Below are positions 31,601-47,100 of a stretch of DNA of 64,000 nucleotides, in pieces (positions within the stretch are counted from its first letter, which is position 1; the number at the start of each line of letters is the position of its first letter). The position numbers were made by a program, and so were the translations under genes. This DNA is from a virus (taxonomy: Duplodnaviria > Heunggongvirae > Uroviricota > Caudoviricetes): positions 64,001 to 128,000 of the IMG/VR virus record IMGVR_UViG_3300029904_000001; one strand, 5' to 3'. The notes beneath the pieces were generated by a model that did not search any database, had not been told where the DNA came from, and saw only the letters and a list, made by a program, of their open reading frames with translations.

Positions 31601-34600
31601 TGGATTTATCTGGAAATTAGCTAAAACTGGATTACTATCAACTAAATCAATTAATTTTTCAAAATTTAAATTAGAATAACAAGTCAATGTGTCATCTAAT
31701 GGATTTATTATGAATAATTTATTTAAAGTATTATAGATAATATCAGAAGCAACTCTAACGTATTTTTCTTCAGGACTTCTAGTTAAGCCAGTTTCTTCAA
31801 TTTCTTCTAGACTTAATCCTTGTTTTAAAGTTTCATTAACATTTTCACTCGATTTTTCAATTTCTTCTGGCAACTTAGTTAAATCATTAGCGGCTTTATC
31901 TATAATATTATTATAATAAGTACTAACAGCAAAGAATGTTTTAAGTGATACTGCAGTAATACCAATAACTTGTTTACCTACCATATTTTGCACCTGCATC
32001 ATATACTTAACAAATGGATTGTCAGATGTAACATGTTTAACAGCTTCTCCAGCTTTCGAATCTTCTGCTGCTTTTTGAGGTTCATTCATATCTACAGGCA
32101 TGTGTAGATTTATTTGATTACGTGCATTTCTTGTTATATTTAATATATTATCAACTACTTTGTTTTGTAATGCTATTTCTCTTGTTCTTTGATTTTTTGA
32201 GTCGATATTAGTAAGAATGTTTCCACTATTACTAATGTTATAACTCATTATATATAATTTATCTATCATTTATGTTAACTATATATCGCTATATAGATCA
32301 GATTATCTCTTTGTGAATAATCACATTCTCCATTTCTTTTTATAATACTCCTTACGGATAATCGTTGAACCTTTCTTTAAAGATTTGGCTGCGGATTGTC
32401 TACTAGAGAGTTTCCCGCAATTAAGAGAATTTTACTACGACAAGATATTTATCGTAATCTGAGCCCTCTAGCCAAGTTTGAACGCGAGGAACGTATATAT
32501 CGTTTATTTTTGAGTTTGTTAGCATTACAACCTTCATAGGCATGTAAGATTGCATACCCTGAGTAGGAATACGTGCTCCAACTAAGTATAAAGATTTTTG
32601 GAAAGCATCAAATCGTTTTTTAGCTAAATGTTTGAATTTTCTTTGAAGTTGATACTCTTCTTCTTTAATAAACTTACGTTGATCTTGATTTTGGAGATTT
32701 ATATCATATTGGAAATTAGGATTTTGAACTAAACTATCTCTGTTTAATTCAGCTAATTTTCTCCAATTTTTACTTTGATAATTAGTTCTAGCTAATTCAA
32801 CTTGTTGATTATTAACTAATTCTTGAATTCTATCTAAAGTATTAACAGTAATTACGTGATGTCTATGTCCGGCATTATCTAAGAAACTATAAAAATTTTT
32901 GCCATCTGGTGATGTAAACTCTTCTCCTTTAAAATAAACTTTATTCTCGTTTATTTGGAAATCTTCGTTTTTAGAAAAACCTGCAACTTTAGCAAATTGT
33001 TGTTGAATTTCTTGTTCACTACCATATTTTACTAGTATTTGTTCTCCCTCGTCTGTATATAATACAACATCGTATAAATCAGAATTAACTTCTGGTAATT
33101 GATATTGCCAATTTAATTTGCTAATAAAAAATTCTTCACCTTTTGCTAATACATCAGAAATATTTTCATCATCTTCTAAACCAAACTTAGCAGCATCTTT
33201 ACGTCCAATTATAATTTCAGCTGGATCTACCGTATATTCATTAGTTTGAAATGTATCGTTTCCATCTCCAAACACATAAATATCTGAAATTGCTGTTTTA
33301 TTTTCAAGTGCTTTTAAAAATTCTTCAGTTCCTTTTCGAGCTGTTTTTAATAATTCTCCCTTTGAAACTTTATCAACATTGAATTTATCTATAACTTGAT
33401 TACGATAATTCATAATAAATGGAAGTATTTCTAAGTCAGATATTCCAAAAATATCTTTAGTAAGTTTTATAATCTCATCAGAAGGATTATTCTGTAAATA
33501 GTGAGATACTCTAACAGAGTTAATGTCATAAATACTATATCAGTCAGCTCCTACTTTAAAACGAGTATTTGATTGTTTAAGATTTTTGGGTTTAGTGGTT
33601 CAATTATAGAAAGTAAATCTATTACCATATTGTGTTAAAAAATTTTTTAGATAATCATATTTATCCCAAGAATCTATATATACGGTATGTAATTTTTTAG
33701 TTTCTGTATCAAACACAACAATGGTATCCTCAAAATCTGCTTGTCAAACAGTATTCAATCTATTTAAAAATGGGTTACGAACAACGTTTCCATTTGTATC
33801 CGGTAAAAAAGCTTTGTTGATAAAATCATCAATTTTAGCATTTATTCAAGGATTATTTGGCTGATTTAAACGTAAATCTTCTCTAACATTATATATACGT
33901 TTAGCTAAAGTATTATAATCCATTGTAGAATCTCCAATTCGATAATATTGTATATAGTTATACGAAGGATTTAATACTCCTGCAAAACCAGAATATTTAC
34001 GTCTAATTCCACTTTTATTTATTAAAGATATAATAGTAGCAATAAAAGCACCATTAATGGTAGGAGCACTAAATGGAATTCGATACTGTAAACTGTTATC
34101 TTGTAACGATTGATTTGCTTTCATTACAAAGGCTTGTGCTAATCCAATAGTATCCCGATCATTATTAATAAACGCATCAACAAGAGCTTGTCCTAAAAGT
34201 CGATAAAGTTTTACAGAATCTTTATCATTTATAGCATCGTAAAAATCTCCAAGTGCTTCAACAACTAATTTTCCGATATCATTATAAACGTTATTCACAA
34301 TACCTAAACTATATCCGTTTTGTACTAATGAACTTAACATCTGAGTCATTTCAGTAACTTCTGCTTCATCAATTTCATGATCTGCGTTCATTTGTACTCC
34401 TCCAAAAGCAGTAGACATAGTAATAGTATCTAAATTACTATCATCCATTCAATGCGAAGTATCATTAACGTTACCAGCTCCTACTTTAATTGCCGATTTA
34501 TTAACAGCATAAGCAATAAATTTATCTTTAAGATCTTCATCGGCAACAATATTCATTAATATATCTAAATTTGTTTCAGCATATACTAATTTTTGATTAG

Positions 34601-37600
34601 AATCAAGTTCAGCAGTATACGCTCCTCCAAATAGTTGGTCAATATCATATAAAGTGATATCTTCAGGTTTCTTAGTAATAACTTCTACTGGAATAACATT
34701 GTCAATATCTAAAATAGTTCCATTTCTGTCTGTAACTAACTCCATTCGAGTGTACGAAACAGTTCCATCAGAATTTTCTTTTTTTACAATACCTTGAATA
34801 TATCTCCAAGTTTGAGTTTCTTTATCAAAATAATATAAATCTTTATTTTTAGTATTAAAATAACGAACCAAATCTATTTTCTTACCAATAGGAATGTTGT
34901 GCATCTTTTTAAATAATTGTTCACCACTCATATTGGAAGTTTGAGACATTTGTCTACGAGCGTTAGTTAGTGCGTATACAGCCCATTTAAGAAGAGTTGG
35001 ACGACCATAAATAGCATCTACGTCTCCCATAATTGTTTTCTTATCGTAGCCAACATTAGCATCACATAAAGAAACATTCTCCATTCTGGCTTGTAATGGA
35101 CTAGAAATACCAGATCCATCCATAGAATCTAAATCTCGTTTTTCCTCTCCAATCATGTTTCAAACAGTAGCAGGAATATCTTTTAAGACAGCTATATTTA
35201 TAGTTTCTGCAACTCCATGTTTCATTCCTTGTAAAAATGGATGATACGTCGCTCCCATAATTACAGCACGCTTATTTTGAGCTATAAGACGATTGGCCTC
35301 GCTATATTCAAAATAATCGTCTTTATATAAACCGCCTTCTTTATTCTTATTTGGATGTGCGTATACTTCACCTAATGTTAGGGAATTATATTCATTAGAG
35401 AGTATAATATCAGATAAGAAATAAGCTTCTAATAATGGATTAAGTACAATTTCCATTTCTGGATCATTAGCTAAAAACTGCGCAATATTATATTTAGTAA
35501 TTTTTTCGCCTTTTTTGGTTTTAGCTAATATCATATCGCCAGAATTCTGATAAAATCAAGTACTGAAGTTAGAATTTCCAGATAATTGATAGGCACTATT
35601 ATTTCTAAACTTATTAAATGTAATATCGTTATCTAATAATTGTTGTAAAAAGATACGTTTTTGATTATTTAAACGTTTCTTAACTTTTTCAGGATTATTA
35701 AAGGTATTATATCAATTATAAATAGTTTCATTCATTAGTATTTTCTTAGATTTACCGTCTTTATAATAATGAATATTTTCGAATAAGTCAATGTGTGCGT
35801 CTTTAAAGGCTTTCTGAATATCTGCTTCAGAGAGTTGATTATTTACTATAAAAGAGTTAATACTATCTAAGGAAGTAAAAGTTTGACCAAAAGCATCACT
35901 TCAATCCTGTAAAATATTAGTAACTACTTTTTCCATTTTAGTAGCACGTAAAGTAGAATATACTCGAACTAAACCTGTATTATCACCATTATTTATACAG
36001 TTTTGAATTAATTCTTTTATATTTACTCACGTGCCATTAACATCCACATCATCCTTAATATTAAATGGAATAACATAATGAGTTCCTTTATCTGCAAAAG
36101 TTGTACTTTGAAATTCTACCTTATCTTTATCTATATTATTATAAAAATCACTAAAAATAGCAATATTCATCAATTCTGTAGTAGTTAAATCACTTGGAGA
36201 TTTAACTTCTCCTCCAATTTCAATATTAGATCTAATATAAGGTTGTCCAATCATTTCCCTATTTCTCACAATTAGATTATCCTCATACATATTATATCTT
36301 TCTTTACCAGTACGTTTTTGATGTTGATCAACAGCATCTTCGAGATGATTCATCATTGCTGGTACATTTTGAGCAAGACTAATTAGTTGAGTAGTAGGGA
36401 CGCTATTTCCTTCTAGATTCTTAATTACACTTATAGTATCCGAACCAAATAATACACTTAATGTATTAGCTATTCCATCTAAAGTTGTATGATAACTTTT
36501 AAAATCAAATAAACCGGATTTAGTTCATTCGTAATTTAGTTTAGAATTTATATTTCCAGCAGTTATAATCATTCCTAATACTGGAGCAAATGCCTTAAAA
36601 ATCGAAGTATTCTGAGAGTTAATTTGTTCTGATATACGTTGATAATCATCCGGTAATACATAAGAAACTAAATCTTGAATTATTTTTTTGGTAGTAGCTT
36701 CATCTAAATCATCGCTAGTACGAAAAGTGTATCTTCCATTGTTATATTCATAAGAAATAGTAGCTTCATCTCCTTCATCAGTTGTAAATGTTATTTTACC
36801 TTTACCATCATCAACGATATTATAATCAGTTAATAACTTCTTAAACTTATTTGGATCTTTTCTAAAAACTGCAATAGAAGATGCAATAACATCTTGTAAA
36901 CGATATTTTTGAATATTGACAAGACTATCCCGTAAATTCTTACCTTCAATTAAATTTGTAGTTGGATCTAATTGATACGAAACATAAGTAATAGGAACAT
37001 TTTTAAAAAACATTGCTGTAAACATGTCTTTTATATCTTGATCAATATCAGATTCATAAATATTCTTTTTAATTGAACGTAATTTAGAAATAAGATATGT
37101 CTTACGTCTATCGTTTACATTTGAAACATTACTTACTCAATCAATATATTGAGTTAACACATTAGACATATCCATCTGTGCTCCTTTCTTTAATTCTTTA
37201 GATAATGTTTGTAGTTCTGAAGGTGGATACATCAAAGTAGTCTTTAACGAAGCCATTGCTGAAGTAAAACCTTGTAATCCAATAGATGTATTAGGAATAG
37301 GTATATTACGAGCATCTAATTCAGGAAATATATCTAATAGAATATCTGCTAAATCAGAGGCTTGTTCAAATGCATCTGCATACTCACTAGATGAGAATTT
37401 ATAGAAATGTTCTACATTTGGTCCAGTATATTCATATTGATCAATGTGTTGATATTCTGAATCTTGATAATTACGTTTTGTTCTAATAAATGGAGTATTA
37501 CTTTTAATTAAATCATCAAATTTAGATAAAATCGAATATGTATCACGTAATGTATTCTTTTTATCTTCACTTGCGTTTTCATATAATAATTTAGCACTTT

Positions 37601-38105
37601 CAATTAGAGCACTAAATTCTTGTCCACTAATAGTATAATCTTTTGGAATTGAGTCTCCTTGAATTTCTAAATATATTTGATTTATAAGATCATATTTGTA
37701 CTTAGCGATATTCTTATTTAGATTATTTAGATTTGGAACATCACTAGGTCCATTAGCAGATACAAATCTTGTTTCTTTTAAATTATAAATAGATGATTCG
37801 ACAATTTTTTTAGCAAAAGTTCTACGTAAATTATTTAAATCTTGTGATTTACCTATATATAAACTAGTAAGAGAATCTTTATCAGATGATTCTATAGTTC
37901 TATTTAATGATTTTTCTTCTGGAGCTTTTGGTTGAGATTCTTTTTTGCCAGCTCCTAAATTGCTTTGAAATTCAGATATAACTTGATCCGCATTTTCAAA
38001 TTTTTGTTCTACAAAAGATTTAAAATCTTCTGGAGACAAAGATTGACTCAATGTCTCCAAAAGATATTTAAATTTATTTGAATATGTACATTTTTTAGCA
38101 CTCAT
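28611..38105 (-). CDS. crAss-type virion RNA polymerase (single chain, two-barrel) with a C-terminal zincin domain (~3027 aa after splicing)
   Basis: Exons 38105-32451, 32266-31433 and 31205-28611. Splicing restores GARIPTQ...WLEGSDYD-IDK and LSAATD-NAKELIL. DGSGISSP..EN.SL and KSAIKVG occur upstream. The C-terminal region contains FHEIGH. Confidence 0.92.
31206..31432 (-). ncRNA. ORF-less group I intron (227 nt) in the RNAP gene
   Basis: P1 is exon CTACAGAT paired with GTCTGTAG. P AACTCAGGGAAAC, Q AATCCTGATC, R GCAACGACTAT, S AAGATATAGTCT. Terminal G at 31206. Removal restores the reading frame. Confidence 0.92.
32267..32450 (-). ncRNA. Minimal ORF-less group I intron (184 nt) in the RNAP catalytic DxDxD motif
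   Basis: P1 is exon TACGAT paired with GTCGTA. P AATTGCGGGAAA, Q AATCCGCAGC, R GTTCAACGATTA, S AGAGATAATCT. P3 ATTCTC/GAGAAT. Terminal G at 32267. Confidence 0.92.
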
Positions 38106-41100
38106 AATTTTCTAAATTCTCATTTAATCTATCTTGCAAATGTTTAACTAAACGTTCTTTAAACCCATTAAAAATCTCCAGATTAATAACCATAGTTGAA
38201 ACAGCATTTTCTATACTTACATCAATATTATCATTATATAATTGGCCAATATAATTTAATAACGTTGTTTTAGCTGCGTTATCTAAATCAGCGTCTTTTA
38301 TAAATTGATACAACTCATTTCATGTTTGATAAGTATATGTTCTTTGAACTATAGCTCGATTGCCATCGTATTTATAAACTCAATACTCAGCATTATTAAT
38401 ATTTAATTCTTCAGTTTGCATACCATCTTCGTTTACTTTATCTGTAATCGCAAATATTGCAAATGGAACATCTTTAGATGCTTTAATATTAGTTAAAGGT
38501 ATTACGTGTGTAGGATCAACATCTATAATTTCATCTGTAAACATAGTATTTATAAAAGAATTAAATACACTTCTTCCATAGCGTTCTAGTTTTCCATCTT
38601 GTCCAATAATAGGATAGGTTTGAGAGGTTGTATGATTTTTAAATGTTTGATTAATTTTACTTATGGTATCATTTCATACTTCCTGTGTTCAAATATTTGG
38701 ATTAAGTAGAGTATCTAGATTATACGGATATTTTAAATCAGTTAAAGTCTGTTTTAAAGTATTAATTCTCTCGCTAAAATCATCAACTTCTTCTACTGGA
38801 TCACTATTTGGCTGAGATACTGTTTCAACAATAATTTTCGATTCATCTAATTGATAAATTGGAAAAGTTCAAGTATCAGCATCAGTTATATATCCTTCTT
38901 TATTACCTCTAAATTGACGATAAAATTTAGATCCACTATACCAATCTCCAGCTCTATCGTTTACAAATACTCCATATTTAAAAGCTTCTTCATCTTTTAA
39001 CAATTCATCAATGTTATTAATATTAGATACTCCTTTAAATATATCTGTAATTGTTTGATTAGCAGTATGAGTACTTAAACGTAAAGTATTATTGACTACA
39101 TAAGTATGTGTAAAATAAACTTTAGCTTCTGAAAAATCAATACCAGAACTACGCAAATCATTAAAAATGTTTGTTCCTTGTGGTTTAAATTCTTGTATTT
39201 TATTACCAATTGTGTATGTTTTTGTGTCAAAAGCAAACACTTCATAAACATTACTATCGGTATTAAACTGAATAAGTGCATCTAAAGTAGGACTTATTAA
39301 AAGTAATCCGTTTTTATTATTCTTTTTATCGGGTTTCTGTTTAACAAAATCCGATATATTACTATTTAATTCTTTACGTAAAGTTTCATCTTTAAAATCA
39401 CTTATTAAAATAGATTTGACTAATTCTCCCAATCTATCAGAAGGAATGATTTGTACGCTATAATCGTCAATATTTCTACGTCTCCAGAGAGCGTATTCGC
39501 CTTGTTGTGCTGGTTCAACAATATTTCCAAAAGCAGTAGGATCACCTAATAACTTGAAAACACTATTATCTTTAAGAATTCCATTAGAATCATATACTAA
39601 ACCTAAAGTTGCTAAGAATTCTGGAGTAAACTCTTTTCTAAGTTTACTCATTTTAGCTTGCATAGCAAAAGCAAAAGGAATTACGTTTGATAATTTATCT
39701 CGTTTATGGATACCTATTAACGGTATTTGCTCATGATGAGAATATGATCAATTAAACTTTACTTCATTACCCTCGTCATCTCTCTGTATATCTTCTTCTA
39801 TACCTTCACGCCAAAAAGATCTTAATTTCTGATCAGTATCAAGTTTATTTGAGGCAACCATTACCATCACCTTACCTTTATTAACAGCAACTAACGTTTT
39901 AGTTCTATCTGTATAATTAGGATCATTTTCTATATCAGGACGACCAACAATAGCTCAATCTTTACCAATATGTAAGGCTGGATACTTCTGTTGTAATTCA
40001 CTCAAACTTATTCAGTTACCAGATTTACTAAACGATAATCTTTGGACTTGAGTTAATTGACCAGTATATCTTCCAAATTTACCTTGAGTATCAACAAAAG
40101 ATATTGGAACAGTATATTTATTAGTAGGAGTTTCAATTACTAAAGATAATAAACCTTTACCATTATATGGCGTTACTTCCATATAAGTATTAGTGTCATT
40201 GTCCTTTAATATAGTAACTAATTTATTTATTTCCTCTTGTTCTTTGGGACTAGATCCACGGAATAAATCTCTAATAGCTTGATGATAGTTTTTTACATCT
40301 TCGTTATATTTAACAATCGATCCAAGTAATCAAACGAGATCTTTATAACGATCGGCTGTTATATTCTTATTAAACAAATTTAATAATGAATTTGGATTTC
40401 CGATTTCAAAATTAATAAAATTTTCTGAGAAAAGAAAATCATAATAATCATTATCATTTGTACTAAAAGAATAATCTTTAGATGTTTTAGATGTTTTTGG
40501 AGTATTGGTTTCTGGAACAGAGTTTATATGATCTCTTTTATATAATTCAACAAAATCATTTCATAAGAATCTGCCACTATTTTTTCAAGCTTTTGGTCTA
40601 TTAAAGAACGATGAATAAATATCGGTAGCTTGTTTTAAAATTTCCGATTCATGTTCTTTCCAATATTTTCCATCTTGATATTTAGAATTAGATTGTAATC
40701 ATTCTAATCACTTATTTTTTACTTGATCCTTTAGTTCAGCAATTTGCTCTTCCGCACTTTTAGTCGGTTTTAGTGATTCATATTTATTATTAACAACTGA
40801 TTGTAGTCGATTACGATAATCGTTTTTAAATTTATCGTCTATGTATTTAAATGCATTGAGATAATTATTTATCTTTTCAAAAACATCTCTAACCTGATTT
40901 GGATCGTAAGTAGTAATTTGATTAGTAAAAATATCTACATTAGTAGCCCAAGCATCTTCTAAAATCACTTGATCAAATTCTGCTTTTAATGGACGATTAA
41001 TCTTACTTATTTGTTTTTCAATATACTTTTGAGCTTCTTTAGATAATTCAGGATATTCGTCTAATTTTTTCCATAAACTATCTTTAAGATTTTTAACTAA

Positions 41101-44100
41101 ATCATCATATGAATGTTGGAAACTTTCAATAGGTAAACTTTTTGCATAATCATCAACTATTGGTTGTAATATACTATCTCAAACATTCTTTGCTTCATCT
41201 AAAGAAAGTTGTGGATTCACTGGCATATATTTAGCTTGAACCGCTCCTAATGCTTTAGCTATATCAGTTTTAAGATGCTTATAAACCTCTGTACTTAAAG
41301 GAAAATTAGCTTCAACAATCGATTCAATATCATACCATGTATTTGGATCTGATAAATTAATATTAGGATTATTTTCTAACGATTCTATAAACTTAGATAT
41401 AATATCATTTTTATGAAATAATGCTACACTTTCTGGACTATGAGTAAGCATTAAATTCATTCGTGCTTCTTCTCAAGCAGATTTTCCTGCAGTTTCCCAT
41501 GTTACTCCATCATAATTACTGTTAAATTTAATACGTAATTTATCTTCATGCTCTTTAGATAAATATTTAGCTCAGAAATTAGGATCGCTGAGTTCTGTGT
41601 CAGAATGTTTATTTTCTATGTTTCTAATAGTATTATCAATAAATTCTTGACGTTTACTATCAGTCCATTCTTGCGGAGTAATAGACAATTTTACTTTTGG
41701 AGCAGGAGGATTGCCTGGAGGAGGTGTATTATTGGAAGAATTATTCCCAGTTGGTATATTATTATTTGGATGAGGTGTATTACCAGAATTTGCATTATTA
41801 GCTACTTGTCTATGAGCATCATCAGCTGCAAAACTTTGATCAAAATGAGAACTTGGTTTTATATTTTTAAGACCTTGTAATCTTCATGTTTTAAATGTAT
41901 CAAATGATGTTTTAGACATATTAAGTGGAGCACCAGCATTAGCACTATTTTCTACATTTATATTTAAGTAATATGTTCCTCTTCCATCTTTAATTAAACC
42001 GTTATTTACAAAAACAGTAGCCATTTTAGAACGTTGACTAACTGTATAAAGATCTTGTAATAAAGTAAAATTATTTAAATCACCTCCAACAGTAGCTCGT
42101 TTCTTCCAATCTATATCTATAAAAGCATAATCATATTCTCCACCGTTAATATTATCAGCAGGTAATATTTCAACATTCTTTTTATCAGCAAACGTTGCGT
42201 ATTTACTTGGATTATCGGTATATATAGCGATAGTTCCATCTTTAAATCCTAACACTTTATTAATATCAACAATTAAAGCATCAGAATCTTTTACCATCTT
42301 ATCTCCAACTAAACGATTATTTCCATCATAATATTTAAGAGTAATTCCCGAAGATAAAGCCAATGTTGTAGCATTAGATATATCGGCAGAAGTCCATTCT
42401 GGATGATTTTGATACTCATCTAATACACTTGATAATTTAGTATCTAATATATAATAATTATCTAATTTGGCTACATTAGATGGACGTAAAGAAGCTGTTA
42501 AGAATGGAGATTTAATATGAAGTGTATCTTCTAAACCACTATAATCAGTAATAGTTCGAGTAGTGCCATCAACAGTTGTTTGATATGTTATTTTAGCAGA
42601 AGTTTGTTTTGGATCTCCTAATCCAATTATTCTAGCTCCAACTTTTTGTGCATATTGAGATAACAAATCTAATTGTACCGAATTTGCAACTGCAACCTCA
42701 TCAATAATAATATATTTATGTTTAGCTCCTTCTGTAAATAGCGGATCCAAATCTTTAATATTTATATCTTTTGGTCTAGCATAACGTAAACCTTTTGGAT
42801 AATAAATATTTCTAGCTTCTACACCATTAGGATTATCTGTTATCTCTTTAAAAACTTCATCAAGTGTTTTAGCCGTTGCTTTATCTAATCCTGTTTCTTT
42901 TTGAAGTTTATCTACTTGTTTTTGACTTGGAGCGAGCAATACTATTTCAGCAGCTGGATCATCAACCATTTTAGATATTAAACGAGCCATTACTACTGTT
43001 TTTCCAACTCCTGCTCCACCAAATATAAACGAAGTATTATACAGAGGTGTTTTATTTTTTATTACATCCGGTAGATCTTCAATTGATTTTAATTTATCTA
43101 ATAATTTATTAAATTTAACTGGATGTAAAGCAGCAGCAACACTTATACGTACATCGAACTCTTGTCCATATAAAGGAGCTACATTAAAATCTGGAGATTC
43201 AATAATACTTTTTAGTTTAACGTAATAATCGTTAGAATCTAATGATATTAATGTAGTTAAATATACAGCTAAATCATAAGAAGATAATTTTTCATCTTTA
43301 TTATCAGTTAACTTACTAGATACCATTTTCGCAGTATCAATAGTTAACAACTTATCATAAAGTGTATCTAATTGATCTTCTGTAAGATTATGTAATTTAT
43401 CATAAACAAGAGATTCAAATTTAATAAAGGTTTCTTCTTTATCGGTGTAATTCGATTCGTTAATATCATTCCAATCCCAAGAATCGGGTTTAACGTTATC
43501 TTCAAATTCTTGTACTAAATCAATTCCCGTTGCTTCTTTAATAACGTCTGAATAGAGTGGATCTAAAAGTGTTTTAACAAATTTAGGACGCATATTAGCT
43601 GCTATTTTCTTTTGAATCGTAAATTTATTTTGTCCATTATTTTTACTAATTTGCAATAATGTTATTATACGATTCTTAAGTGCTAATATTTCATCTCCAA
43701 TTAGTTTAGCGGAATGATCAGATAAAATTCCAAGAGTTGGTTTTTGTAATTGTTTACGATACTTATTAGCTGTTGCATTTAAACCATCGTAGGCTCCAGA
43801 AATCATTCCTGTAAAGATATCTAATAATTGTTGTGCATTTTCTAATTGTTGTACGACAAGAGGATTTTCGATAGTATAATCTTGTAAAGATTGTACGCTT
43901 CCTAAACGCAATTCTTCACTTTTAACTAAATCTAATATTGGCATTTTTTCTCCAGTAAGTTCTACGGTTAGTTGATTAAATAAATCACTAAATGGAGAAT
44001 ATAATACATCTTTACGCATATCATCCATTTCTTTCATAAAATCAACAATAGATTGTGTTCCTACTACTGGTGTAAGATGGTCTATTAAAGCTTTAATATC

Positions 44101-47100
44101 AGCTTCTTCAAGATTTGTTTGTTCTTTAAGAAAATTATTTAACTCTTCATAAATTTCTAATGCACGTTTATTATCTTTACCAAATAGATTTATAAATTCA
44201 TCAAACTTAGCTGCAAATTCTTTTTGAATATCTGAAGTATCATCATATCGAAATATATCGCGAGAGGCATCTCCGGTTTTACTTATCCTTTGAGTAATAG
44301 CATCATCATCGTATCCAAATTCAGGTTGGTTTGCTCTTCAGTTTTGTCCATATTGAAATAATTGATCAAGTATTAATCCACGTTTTTTATAATCTTCTCT
44401 AACTCAGTCATAAAATCTATCTAATTCAGCATCATTAAATAAAAGAGTTTGAGATTTCTTGTATTCGTTATAAATATTTTTAATTGTATTTGCAACTAAA
44501 GCTATATCTTCAGATTGATCGTCTAAAATACGTTGTAATTTCTCAATTTCTGAATTAGGAGCACCTAAAAACTCTAAAAATAAACCTGGATTTTGATCGT
44601 ACTTTTCAATTTGAGTTTTAAGTTTCGCAACTTCTGTTTCTAAATCTAACAATTTTTGCTGTTCTTCATTAGTACGTTCAGACTCCGGTTTGCTATTTAA
44701 CTTATTTATCTCATCAACAATTTTATTACGTTCTTTAACTAAATCGTCTCTCTTTTTACTGTATAGTTCTTTACTATATTGTGTATTACGTTTTTTATTT
44801 TGGAGAATTTGATCTAGTTGATTAATTTGAGGAGCATATCGTTCAGATAATTTATCATAAGCATTAAAAGCAATATCTCATAAATATTGCCCTTTTTCAG
44901 CCATAAAATCATTATATTCTTCATCAATTTGAGCTTTCTGATCATCCTTTAAAGAAGAATAATTAATACCATGATATGTTTGAGCAAACGATTCTTTAGA
45001 TATATTTCCAAATAAGGAAGAAGTTGCTCCATCCAATCTAAATAAACCTCTTTCGACATAATAATCGTTACGTTCTCCATTTAAAATAGCATCACGTTCA
45101 GTACGAAGTTTTAATAATTGATCTTGTAGTTTTTTAATTTGGAGATTATTATTTAACTTTTCCTGTACTTCAGCTTGAGCTTCTTTAGAATCATTTTGAG
45201 CTGAAGAACGAATTGATTCTGTTAGTCTTTGTAATTCAGCACGAGTTTTAATTAATTTAGCTCCTAATCTAGAGAAATCGCGTAACATTCCTCCTTGTGC
45301 AGCAATTTGATTAACAATACTTGCTCTTACAAAAGGATCGTCTAATTTATCAGTATCAATTTGTAATAATTTTGGAAGTTTTTTAGAGAAATCCGTTAAA
45401 CCTTCCTCATTAATAAGATTTTCAAGATAATTAAGATGATTAGTAACAGCTCTATAAACTGCATCATTTTGAGTATATTTAGAATCAACATTAGCAGTCC
45501 ATTCTCCTTCTTTACCTGGAAGTTTTAATGTACTACCTTTATCTGCTGACAAATTGGTACTTCCTAATCTACCTTGTTGATACCATTTATCATAATAAGA
45601 TTGTATTTCATTTTTACGACCATTTGCTATAAAATAGGTCATTTTTTCTAAATCATCTAAATTATCTCAAGCTGCAGCAGCTGATTCTGGATGTAAAAAT
45701 TTCTCTCATTTGCCAAAACCTTGAAAAATAGCTCCACCAATAACACCACCTCCAAAAGTCATTGCATAACGAGATAAAATTTCATTCCAAGAATATCCAA
45801 AATCTAAATCTTGATCTCCAGTATTAATACCAAGGGCTTCTAAACCAAGAGTGAAAACTTTAGATAAATCAGAAATATTCTCTTCCATTATCTCTTCTAC
45901 ACCTTCTGCAATAGAACGTTGTCTAAACTCACTACTTTTAACAGTATTTTTAATTCCATCTTTTAAACTCTTAGAAAATTTTTCTGTAAGAGATTTAAAT
46001 AATTTCTTTGAACCAGCTTGAGTACCATCTTCAGCTGCTTGTTGAGCTGTTTGTTGAACAGTTTGTTTAGTAGCTTGTTCTGTACCCTCTTTAACTACAC
46101 CCGTTAATTCATCACGATACATTTTAGCAACATTTAAAGATGGGGTTTTAACAACACTATCGTCAAGATAAGAACCTCGGAAAATACTCTTTCTAAAATA
46201 ATCGATATTCATTAACTTTCAAAGAGCAAAAATATTAGCAGCCATAGCAATACCTGCAGTCCTATCATTAGCTCCAGCTTCTTTAAATGCTTGATATGTT
46301 TCTCTAGCTGACGTCGCAGCCATATAAGCTTGAGCTAAATTTTGTCCGGCTCTAGTATTAGTTGTAATATTTCCATATTTATTTAAAAGTCTTGGAATAG
46401 CTCCTACCACACGTTGTTCAAACAATTGTCCTCCAATAGCATTAATCATGGAACCTAAATTCTCAACAGAAAACATTTTTTGTCTTCCTGCATCACTAAC
46501 ACTAGAATTAAATCTAGAAGTTCAAGATTCTAATCTATTTAAAGTAGAATCAATTTCTGTTTCTTTGTCTCCAGAAATGATGGAATCAAGTGTTTTTCCT
46601 AAAATTGGAAGTATTTGAGCAGTTGCTATACTAGCTCTAATAGCTCCATAAACAGGACCGACTCCAGGTATAAGTAAAGGTCCCATTGTAAGAGCGGTTT
46701 TCATTAAAGTACCGCCGATAGATTTAGTTAATCCATCGTTATCAAAAACATCGATGGCATTGAGACCCTTTCCATCTATAGTTAAAGTATCAGTATAATG
46801 AAGTAAATCTTTTCCATACATTTCACGATCTCCAAGTAACTCATAATATGGACGTCCGTCTTCGTTATATTTTAAATCTCCCTTTTTATGAGAAACGATT
46901 TTACCATCCACTTCATGAGTTCCATCTTCATCATATTGAGCTAAAACTAGAGTTGGCCTAAATAATCCTTTAAATAGACCTCCTTTATCATTTGGAGACC
47001 AATCTAATTCATTTCCATTCTCATCATGTACTTTTTCTCTTTGAGCAATTTCACGAACGCTATATTGGCTTGGACCGTTATACAAAATACCTTTTATTCC

